From Candidatus Zhuqueibacterota bacterium (GTDB lineage Bacteria; Zhuqueibacterota; Zhuqueibacteria; Thermofontimicrobiales; Thermofontimicrobiaceae), in the NCBI GenBank assembly GCA_049322915.1, contig JBMOPW010000007.1:116236-180235 (forward strand): a stretch of DNA of 64,000 nucleotides, given 5' to 3'. Below the pieces are notes generated by a model. It saw only the letters and a list, made by a program, of their open reading frames with translations. It did not search any database and had not been told where the DNA came from. Both the position numbers and the translations under genes were made by a program. This document shows, piece by piece, positions 19,506 through 27,652 of the stretch. Position 1 is the first letter of the stretch. Each line of letters opens with the position of its first letter.

Positions 19506-20465
19506 ATGACCAGTGAAATGAAACGGCGAGATTTTCTAAAAAAAAGTGCGGTGGTCGGGACATCCGCTTTTTTTGGCGGGCGCGTTATTTCTGAAATCCT
19601 GGACAATTCGATGGTACACGCACAGGTTGCCGGAAAATATGATATCGTTGAGGTGAAAGGAACTAATTATTTCGAGAGCACGGTTAAAGCTATTGAGCTT
19701 CTCGGCGGCATGAAAAAGTTTGTCGGCGCCGGTGACCGGGTCGGATTGTTATTAAATTCGCCGTGGAGAAATATTGGTTCCTACACAAGCCCTGTCGTTG
19801 CGCTGGCTATTTTGAAAATGTGCTGGGACGCCGGGGCCAAAGAAGTTTATAGCCTGGAAAATGTTACCCATCGGTACTGGCAGCGGACAGCTCTTGCAGA
19901 GCAGTTCAAGGATGAAATAAAAAGTATGAAACGTGCTGGCAGAAATTATGTGAAGGTTGAAATTCCCCGTGGCAAGAATTTGAAGGTTGCATTTATTGAA
20001 CGACGGCTGATGGATTGTGATGTTTTCATTAATGTGCCGATTACAAAAGATCACAGCGGCACTCATTTCACAGGCAGCATTAAAAACTTGATGGGAGCAA
20101 CCGCTTATAAGCCCACCAATCGGTTCATGCATTTCGGTGATACAGGTAAAGACTGGGGCGATCCCGGTGCAGAGGATGAGGTGTTTCTGTCCCAGAGCAT
20201 CGCCGACCTCGGACTGGTGCGAACACCGCAATTGTGCGTAAATGATGTCACAGAAATTCTTGTCACAGGTGGACCGTACGGCCCAGGCAAAATCAGCAAG
20301 CCACAGTGCGTGGTTGCCGGCACAGATTCATTGGCTGTGGAATCGTACTGCGCCAGATTTTTAAATCTCTCTGTCGAAAATAATCTCGTTTTGAAATATG
20401 CTAAGGAACATGGTTTGGGTGAGTTTTTTCATTCCAATATGACGGTTGCAAAAGCCGAACTTTAA
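19506..20465 (+). CDS. Tat-exported DUF362 domain protein
   Basis: KRRDFLK signal; LGGMKKFV..GDRV, INVPITKDH, TGSIKNLMG, AGTDSLAVE. Confidence 0.85.
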   Translation: MTSEMKRRDFLKKSAVVGTSAFFGGRVISEILDNSMVHAQVAGKYDIVEVKGTNYFESTVKAIELLGGMKKFVGAGDRVGLLLNSPWRNIGSYTSPVVALAILKMCWDAGAKEVYSLENVTHRYWQRTALAEQFKDEIKSMKRAGRNYVKVEIPRGKNLKVAFIERRLMDCDVFINVPITKDHSGTHFTGSIKNLMGATAYKPTNRFMHFGDTGKDWGDPGAEDEVFLSQSIADLGLVRTPQLCVNDVTEILVTGGPYGPGKISKPQCVVAGTDSLAVESYCARFLNLSVENNLVLKYAKEHGLGEFFHSNMTVAKAEL

Positions 20466-20557
20466 TTGAAGCTGTGCTGCAAGCAGTGGTATGACTGGAA
20501 AATTAGTGATAAGTTCGAAATGAGGTGTCTGGTTTTCGAATCCCGGAGGCTAACGAA

Positions 20558-21472
20558 ATGAAAGCATGCGTTTTTTTGTTCATATTACTTTTATACGCGA
20601 GCAGTCCTCTTAGCGGAAATTTGGACCCGTCGAAAAAAATTACAGCGTACCTGCCAACAGCGAAACAGTTGAAAAACTGGAAACCAGTCGAAACGCCGCA
20701 AACTGCCGTCGGTGAAGACCTGTTCCAGCTAATCAACGGTGGCGCTGAAATCTACCAGGAGTATGGTTTCGAAGAGGCGGTCATTCAGGAATATGCTAAC
20801 GAAAACAGAAAATCGGTGAATGTGGAAATTTACCGAATGATATCCCCGGCCAGCGCGTACGGTCTTTATTCGTTCAAAACTGGACAAAGCGGGACCACGC
20901 TTTCCATTGGGCAGGATGCAATGCTGGAAGAGTATTATCTGAATTTTTGGAAAGGCGATATTCTGGTCACACTGACTGGCTTTGATGCCGACAGCGAAAC
21001 CATCGCCGGTTTGACTCACATTGCTCGCGTTATTGAATCAAAAATTGATACCACAGGTGAACGGCCCTGGCTCATCGGGTTGCTTCCGTCCGAAAATATG
21101 AATCCGCGCTCAGTTAAATATGTGAAAGGCGAACTGGCATTGTCCAACATGTACGATTTCGGCAGCGGAAATATTTTTGGGGTGACCGAGGGTGCAATTG
21201 GGAATTACGGCGATTCACGTATATTTATTTTCAAATATAAAAATGAGAGCGAGTGTCAGAGATGGTTCAGTCAAGCTGAATTATATTTTTCAAAGAGCAA
21301 ATCCTTTTTTGATTTTTCTAAAAATGGTACAGAGCTACTGCTGCGCGACCGCCTTGATCAACCTCTTATTTTAAAGCCGTACAAAAATTGCATTATTCTC
21401 CTGATGGGATTCATCGACGTCGATTCGAATAAAATGTTGATTTCTATACAGACTAAAATTGATATGAGTTGA
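20558..21472 (+). CDS. Secreted hypothetical protein (DUF6599-like)
   Basis: Signal peptide; LFQLINGGAEIYQEYGF, VEIYRM..AYGLYS, FWKG. GGAGG RBS. Confidence 0.7.
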   Translation: MKACVFLFILLLYASSPLSGNLDPSKKITAYLPTAKQLKNWKPVETPQTAVGEDLFQLINGGAEIYQEYGFEEAVIQEYANENRKSVNVEIYRMISPASAYGLYSFKTGQSGTTLSIGQDAMLEEYYLNFWKGDILVTLTGFDADSETIAGLTHIARVIESKIDTTGERPWLIGLLPSENMNPRSVKYVKGELALSNMYDFGSGNIFGVTEGAIGNYGDSRIFIFKYKNESECQRWFSQAELYFSKSKSFFDFSKNGTELLLRDRLDQPLILKPYKNCIILLMGFIDVDSNKMLISIQTKIDMS

Positions 21473-21622
21473 GTAACTCCTAAGTTGAAAATTTAAATTC
21501 TTAGATGGTGAGCAATTACATGGTAAGGCGAAAGGGCACGTCATAGCCTTCCCATTCGTTTTTCATACTGGTAAATCGAACATAATAATAATGGCATTCA
21601 TTATTAAAGATGGAGTAAAGGC

Positions 21623-23371
21623 ATGAACAAGTCTGAGCAGCTATTTGCAAAACTGAAAGAGAAAAAATTAATTGGATTATTGACTCCCAAAAATGTTGAG
21701 GAATGTTTGGTCGCTTATGAGACCCTCAATCCGTTGGGGGTGGTGCTGGAAATTGCCTTCCGTTCGGAAGCCGCTTTCGACGGCGTGGCAGCGGTGTTGA
21801 ACAAATACCCGGACGCGCTCATTCTGGCCGGGACCGTGATGACGAAAAAACAGGCAAAGAAGGCCATCGAAGTCGGGGTGGCCGGCATCGTCTCTGCGGA
21901 TTATATCCCGGAGGTGGTGGAGCAATGCGCCAAACATGATGTGATGTGCATCCCCGGCGGCACTGCCGATTGCGGAAAACAACTCGTGCACAAGGCGAAA
22001 GAATACGAATGCGATTTGGCAGAGCTGAAAGAGAAATACCCCTACCAGTGGATTTATAAATTATTTCCGGCGGCGACCGAATCCCAGTCCAATGTCGAAC
22101 TGGCCAATGCGTGGAAGGGGCCATTCAAAGGATTGATTGTGGTGTACACCGGCGGCATCTCGCTGAGCAATCTGGCTGCGGTTGTGAAGCAGGATCCGGA
22201 TGGGATTTTCTGCGGCTCGGCTGTGACCAAGTCCATCGACGATCCGGCCAAAATGAAAAAAGTGGCGGAAAAATGGCTGGAGATCATTCACCAGACAGGG
22301 ACGAAAAAAGCGGCGCCAACCCGGGCAGCATCCCATGCGGCGACGCCGGGGCAGAAGGTCGTCACCTTCGGCGAGATCATGCTGCGACTCTCGCCGCCCA
22401 ACATGCTGCGGTTCGTTCAGACCAAAAATTTCGATGCCACGTTCGGCGGGGCTGAAGCCAATACCTCGGTGGCGTTCGCCAATTACGGACTGGAGTCGGT
22501 GTTCGTCACGGCGCTGCCTGATCACGAAATCGGCCAGTCGGCCATCAATTCACTGAGACAATACGGCGTGGACACGCGCTTCATTCTCCGCCAGGGCGAG
22601 CGGGTCGGCGTTTACTATCTGGAATATGGCGCATCGCAGCGGCCGTCCAAAGTGGTGTACGACCGCGCCGGCGCATCCATCGCCGAAATCAAGCCGGGAC
22701 AGGTGGACTGGACTGCGATCTTTCAGGGCGCGGCTTGGTTCCACTGGTCCGGCATTACGCCGGCGTTGAGCGACTCCGCGTCCGCGGTGACGCTGGAAGC
22801 GCTGAAAGCGGCCAAAAACGCCGGAGCGATGGTGAGCGTGGATTTGAACTATCGAAAGAAACTCTGGTCAAAAGAGAAAGCCCAACGCGTCATGGCCGGG
22901 TTGATGGAATACGTGGATGTGGCCATCGGCAATGAAGAGGATGCCGAGTGCGTTTTTGGCATCAAAGCCGGCGCCTCCGACGTGACCGCCGGCAAGCTGG
23001 ACATTCAGGGCTACAAAGACGTGGCCAGGCAGATGGTCGATCGATTCGGATTCAGCAAAGTGGCCATCACCCTGCGGGAATCGATTTCAGCCTCGGACAA
23101 TATCTGGTCCGCGTGTCTGTACAACGGCGCGGATTTTCTCCTCAGCAAGAAATACGACATTCGCATCGTTGACCGGGTCGGCGGCGGGGACTCGTTCTCT
23201 TCCGGTTTGATCTACGGACTCATCGTCGGCAAATCGGATGCAGATGCGCTGGAATTTGGCGTGGCGGCTTCGTGCCTCAAACAGACCATTCACGGCGATT
23301 TCAATCTGGTCAGCGTGAAGGAAGTGGAACTGCTCTCCGGCGGGGATGTCTCCGGGCGCGTACAGCGATAA
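21623..23371 (+). CDS. Fused KDPG/KHG aldolase (Eda) and 2-keto-3-deoxygluconate kinase (KdgK)
   Basis: N-terminal LEIAFRS, LAGTV, KLFPA, TGGI. C-terminal TFGEIMLRLSP, GGAEAN, DLNYRKKLW, IGNEED, DRVGGGDSF (PfkB signature). Confidence 0.9.
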   Translation: MNKSEQLFAKLKEKKLIGLLTPKNVEECLVAYETLNPLGVVLEIAFRSEAAFDGVAAVLNKYPDALILAGTVMTKKQAKKAIEVGVAGIVSADYIPEVVEQCAKHDVMCIPGGTADCGKQLVHKAKEYECDLAELKEKYPYQWIYKLFPAATESQSNVELANAWKGPFKGLIVVYTGGISLSNLAAVVKQDPDGIFCGSAVTKSIDDPAKMKKVAEKWLEIIHQTGTKKAAPTRAASHAATPGQKVVTFGEIMLRLSPPNMLRFVQTKNFDATFGGAEANTSVAFANYGLESVFVTALPDHEIGQSAINSLRQYGVDTRFILRQGERVGVYYLEYGASQRPSKVVYDRAGASIAEIKPGQVDWTAIFQGAAWFHWSGITPALSDSASAVTLEALKAAKNAGAMVSVDLNYRKKLWSKEKAQRVMAGLMEYVDVAIGNEEDAECVFGIKAGASDVTAGKLDIQGYKDVARQMVDRFGFSKVAITLRESISASDNIWSACLYNGADFLLSKKYDIRIVDRVGGGDSFSSGLIYGLIVGKSDADALEFGVAASCLKQTIHGDFNLVSVKEVELLSGGDVSGRVQR

Positions 23372-23399
23372 AGTGAGCCTGGCTCGAATTGTAACTCTG

Positions 23400-23433
23400 A
23401 AAGAGTGGCCAATGCGCGGACCACTCTTTTTTT
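23400..23433 (+). terminator. Rho-independent terminator
   Basis: AAAGAGTGG...CCACTCTTT stem followed by a T-run after the eda-kdgK gene. Confidence 0.75.
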
Positions 23434-23542
23434 GTTCCTGCCCGGTGGCCTCATTCAGAGCACTGAATAAAACCATCCTTCTTCAGCCCGGGTAAGTTTG
23501 GCTGAGGCCAGGGAAGCGAGGTCAGGCGAGTATTAGTTCGGG

Positions 23543-24091
23543 CTACATCTCCAGGACGAATTTTCTATCGACTCCGTCATGAATCGCCTTTTGAAGAATG
23601 CGTTCCAGCCGTCCCTTGACTTCTACAATAACGAGTTCCTGCGGCTCCAGCGAAATGATGTAAACCGACTCCAGCCGGTCCCTGCGGATTTGGGTGAATA
23701 CCCATGCGGCGCCGTTTCGTTCGTTCGCTTTCACGACCGACTCATATCCGAGATGAGAGAGTTTTTCGCTGATCTGCTTCGGAATTTTGAGCGCCCGGGT
23801 GGGATCGATATCATGCAGTTTATACACGCCGATCTGGACATTTCGGATGTCCCGCAGATAATCAACGACCTCCCGGTCGGCATCCGTCATCGATACCACC
23901 ATTTTCCCCAACGAAATCAGACCTGAGTTGAACTGCATCTGGAACTCAGTGTCAACATCAACATTGCCCAAATCGGAGAGTATAGCATTCCTGGTCGTCC
24001 GAAAATCACGGCTGACGAATACGCAGCCAGGCAATAGCCCGGCCATTAAGATAAATAGCAGCATTACAGACAGGCATCGTTTTTTCATCAC
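23543..24091 (-). CDS. DUF4252 family lipoprotein
   Basis: LLPGC lipobox; ELVIVEVKGRL C-terminal pattern; paralogue adjacent. Confidence 0.7.
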   Translation of the reverse strand: MMKKRCLSVMLLFILMAGLLPGCVFVSRDFRTTRNAILSDLGNVDVDTEFQMQFNSGLISLGKMVVSMTDADREVVDYLRDIRNVQIGVYKLHDIDPTRALKIPKQISEKLSHLGYESVVKANERNGAAWVFTQIRRDRLESVYIISLEPQELVIVEVKGRLERILQKAIHDGVDRKFVLEM

Positions 24092-24110
24092 AGTTATCTC
24101 CTGCTCGATA

Positions 24111-24674
24111 TCAATAGTCGGCGTTCAAATTTTCAAGATGATCGATATCGAATTTATGACCAATTTTTTCCACCGATTCCCAGTCGAGTTCGCCGACGAT
24201 ATTGATGAATACGGCTTCATCGTCGTCATCCACAGCCATGATGACCAGACCATCGATGCGGTTTTCCCTGGTGTTTTTCACAAAGACATTGACGCGCTCA
24301 TCGCGTTTCGTGACGCGAACGATTTTTTCCCACTTGTCGCCTTCGAGTTTCGATTCCATCTTTTTGATGCTGTTATGCAAGATGTTCAGGTCAGAATTTT
24401 CAACGGAGAACGTGTTGATGCGTATCAGTAAAAGTTTGCCCAGCACGCGCGACAGGCTCCTGTCCTCTTCATGGGCGACGTTGGCGACGAATTTCAGAAT
24501 AGGGCCTTTCATGGTTACTTCGACGCTTTCTTCGGCATTCACCGGAAATTTGATCTCACTGAAATCCACGTAGCCGGGGTGTTTCCGAATTTCATCATCC
24601 TGGCCGACCACGACGCCGGATGTTATCAGACATAGCGCCAGAATACTCAGCCAAATATAAATTGCTCTTATCAT
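24111..24674 (-). CDS. DUF4252 family secreted protein
   Basis: Signal peptide; PGYVDF, WEKIVRV, GLVIMAV, AVFINIVGEL. GGAGGT RBS before MIRAIY. Confidence 0.8.
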   Translation of the reverse strand: MIRAIYIWLSILALCLITSGVVVGQDDEIRKHPGYVDFSEIKFPVNAEESVEVTMKGPILKFVANVAHEEDRSLSRVLGKLLLIRINTFSVENSDLNILHNSIKKMESKLEGDKWEKIVRVTKRDERVNVFVKNTRENRIDGLVIMAVDDDDEAVFINIVGELDWESVEKIGHKFDIDHLENLNADY

Positions 24675-24833
24675 TGCTACCTCCACGTTATGGATGTACG
24701 AATTCATGATTACGGTGGCACTTGAAACTCGAGTTTCTGTCAGGTAAACGTGTGAGTCAAGGAAAATGTTACAGCGACAAAATTATAATTGCGCCGTATC
24801 TGAAAAAAGTATCCGCTCAATATGAGATGGAAA

Positions 24834-24927
24834 TGTCATTGCGAGGAACGTTTTTTGTGACGAGGCAATCCCGTGGTTTACCCCAGGAAATTGCTTCGTC
24901 CCGATAAATCGGGACTTCGCAATGACA
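24834..24927. repeat. REP-like palindrome (TGTCATTGCGA...TCGCAATGACA)
   Basis: Perfect 11-bp terminal inverted repeat with nested GACGAGGCAAT/ATTGCTTCGTC and GTCCCGAT/ATCGGGAC hairpins. Confidence 0.8.
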
Positions 24928-25143
24928 CGTTTTCTTACCATAAATTATTGAGCGGATACTGAAAAAAGATTCAGGGCGGGGCGAAAAAAAACCAGCGTGG
25001 AACGCGAATCGATTCGTCTGATGCATCGCGCGATTCGCAAGAGCAGGGGCCCGGAGAATCCCCGGTTCCTCCCGATCAAATGGAAGCAATTCCCAGGTCC
25101 GAACGCCATGCAGCCAGAGGGTGAACAGGGTCGATGGGTTGAG

Positions 25144-25986
25144 TCAGATCATACCCTTTTCGCGCAGCATGATGTTCACAATGTCGATCTGGTATTTCAC
25201 GCGCTTCTCCAACGGCAACTGTTTGCAGGTCTCTACGGTGAACGCGGGAATCTGGAAGAACTTGCCGGCCGACCACGCCGCGCTCAGTTCGATGGGGCTT
25301 TCGATCACAGAAAATTGCTCCATGCCGGCCGGAATATCGGCATTGATCTGGTCAAGCACGACCATGGCCAGCCATGTCGCTTCCTCATTGATCGTGTAAA
25401 TGAGAGTCTGGCCCAGACCGTGATAGGAGCCGTCCTTTTCGCGCGATTGCAGATGGAACACCGGGCTTTCGTGCAAATCCAGAAACAGCGACACACGGTG
25501 TTCCCTGATCAACTCGGTGATTGCATAGGCCATCTGCTCCATGGGCAGTCCATCCTTTATGCCCGGGTAGCAGCGATTCAGATTGCCGAGTTCGATATCC
25601 ATGCCGTCCGGCACAGGGATTCGCCTCTCGGACAGAGAATCGGCCACGCGATTCGTTTCCGGAATGATGAAAATTTCTCCCGACTTAATCGGTGCCTCAG
25701 TGAATTGCCGCAGCAGGCAATGGGCCGCCTCAAATCCAGCCGGCTCATTGCCATGGGTCCCGCCGAGTATCATCACCACCGGCCCGTCGGTTTCCCCTTT
25801 AAAATGGAACAGCGGCGTTTCGTATGGCGTGCCTTTCATCAAGTAATCGATGAGATGCGCATTGGGACTCCAGAATTGCTGATGGATCTCCCTTGCCTGG
25901 TTTGATAAATAATCGCCCGAAGTGGCGGCGCACTGGATGAGGCATCCAAGTAACAGAACAACGATAGACCGTGTGAGTTTTCTCAT
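25144..25986 (-). CDS. Succinylglutamate desuccinylase/aspartoacylase-type (M14) zinc amidase, exported
   Basis: GGTHGNE (HxxE), NLNRCYPG, LDLHE, FTVET; N-terminal signal. ORF-track start is 26043. Confidence 0.85.
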   Translation of the reverse strand: MRKLTRSIVVLLLGCLIQCAATSGDYLSNQAREIHQQFWSPNAHLIDYLMKGTPYETPLFHFKGETDGPVVMILGGTHGNEPAGFEAAHCLLRQFTEAPIKSGEIFIIPETNRVADSLSERRIPVPDGMDIELGNLNRCYPGIKDGLPMEQMAYAITELIREHRVSLFLDLHESPVFHLQSREKDGSYHGLGQTLIYTINEEATWLAMVVLDQINADIPAGMEQFSVIESPIELSAAWSAGKFFQIPAFTVETCKQLPLEKRVKYQIDIVNIMLREKGMI

Positions 25987-26070
25987 ATTCCTGCCTGTAT
26001 TTTGTTGTCCCGCTTCGATGGATCGAACGGGTGACTTTGACATGGGTTGAACCTGATTTCGGGAACGATT

Positions 26071-27639
26071 CTATTTGATCACCTGCAACTTCAGAGCCTG
26101 GCGAAATTGCCGGGAGCCGTCTGCAGGCGTTGCTTCCAGTTGAAAAATATATATGCCGGAACAAAGCGTTCCTGCTGACCACGGAAAAATATGCTGGCCG
26201 GCGTCTAAATTCCGACCGAGGATGGCCGCGACTTGCTCTCCCAGCGCGTTGTAAATTGTGAACTGCACCAGGCTGGACTTCGGCAGGACAAATCTGAAAT
26301 TGGTGCTGGCATTGAACGGATTGGGATAATTCTGCAGCAGCGCAAAGTCGTCCGGGGTGGTGCTAATGGCAACCGGTTCGACCGAAGAAATCATGCCCTG
26401 GTAAATGTCCATCAGAGCAGTGAGCGCATAGCCGGCCAGATCCGATTCGGTGAGCAGCATGTCGCTCACATTGAGACCTGCGGATCGCCAGGCGTTGAGC
26501 TTCTGCTCGGCCTCATCGAAAATATAATCTTCGGCTACGAAGCTCTTTGTCCACACGCCGCCGCCGAGGCCGTCCCGCAATTTGTATGAATCCAGATACG
26601 AACTGTTTTCGGCGTAGTCGAATAGCAATTCCCTGATGTTCAGCGCGACGTCGCACAGCGGCGCATTGCTGGTTCCCCTGGCGGCAGTTGGCACCTGTCC
26701 CACCGGCCAGTAGGGCACAACAATGGCGGCAGCAGGCTGCCCCAACATGGTCCACATGGTCGTCAATTTTGCGGATTCCTGCGGCTGCACCCCGTGAAAG
26801 ACAACCGCCGAAGTGGATGTAGTGCGGCAAATGCTGACGTCGCAGTAAATATAGCCGTAAGGTCGATCGGGAATCCATGTTCTGGGATAGGGCACCGGGA
26901 CGGGGTCGCTGTCAAAATCCGAAAAGTCCCGCATCTGATAGCGGAGAATGCTGTGATAGGTCAGACTGTCGCCGCTGTGAAAATCGCTCATGAGTTGTTC
27001 CTGCCGCCAATAACGTTCGATGCTGTAGATTCCCGAATGAATGCCTTCCGCCGCTGCGCCATTGAATGCGAAATTGGTCCGGAGCACATAGCCATTCGGC
27101 GCCTGGATGGAATCATTGGCATCAAATTTCCAGTACTCGGACCCGGCTGTTTCGAATATGGCGGCAGCGCCGGTGCTGTCGATGACGCCAAAATTGGAAT
27201 GCGTGGTTCGGCCGGTGATATTGGTTTCGTCTAGATAGTTCTGAAATTCATCGACCGTGGCGCATGTACCAAGCGCGTTGGTCATGACAGTACCGTTGCC
27301 GGGGCCACTGCTGCCTCCCGGCAAATCCGATGAATCGGAATTCAGAATGGCCAGGCCTTTTTCGTTGACGCCCATCCACGCTGTGGAACCGCCCACAGTG
27401 TTGACAGCGATGTATTTATATTTTTTGGATGTTGAATAAATAATCCCGTTGTTTCGCTCCGATGTATCCCTCGTTTTCCAGAGCAGGGGACGTCCATCCG
27501 GCGTGGCTTTGCCGGAGGCGACGCCAATCGTGCATTCGTCGTTCCCTGTCAGGGAAGTCAGAGACGCTGCATTCACATATCCGAATTGAAATACAATAAG
27601 CCATGCGAACAGAATACGTGTCAGTTTTTTCAAATTCAT
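26071..27639 (-). CDS. C45-family Ntn-hydrolase with T9SS-type C-terminal sorting domain
   Basis: Signal peptide, then ECTIGVASG (nucleophile Cys), DGRPLLWKTRD, MGVNEKG, RTN. C-terminal LLQNYPNPFN...SGIYIFQL. Confidence 0.85.
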   Translation of the reverse strand: MNLKKLTRILFAWLIVFQFGYVNAASLTSLTGNDECTIGVASGKATPDGRPLLWKTRDTSERNNGIIYSTSKKYKYIAVNTVGGSTAWMGVNEKGLAILNSDSSDLPGGSSGPGNGTVMTNALGTCATVDEFQNYLDETNITGRTTHSNFGVIDSTGAAAIFETAGSEYWKFDANDSIQAPNGYVLRTNFAFNGAAAEGIHSGIYSIERYWRQEQLMSDFHSGDSLTYHSILRYQMRDFSDFDSDPVPVPYPRTWIPDRPYGYIYCDVSICRTTSTSAVVFHGVQPQESAKLTTMWTMLGQPAAAIVVPYWPVGQVPTAARGTSNAPLCDVALNIRELLFDYAENSSYLDSYKLRDGLGGGVWTKSFVAEDYIFDEAEQKLNAWRSAGLNVSDMLLTESDLAGYALTALMDIYQGMISSVEPVAISTTPDDFALLQNYPNPFNASTNFRFVLPKSSLVQFTIYNALGEQVAAILGRNLDAGQHIFPWSAGTLCSGIYIFQLEATPADGSRQFRQALKLQVIK

Positions 27640-27652
27640 TGTTGACCTCAGA

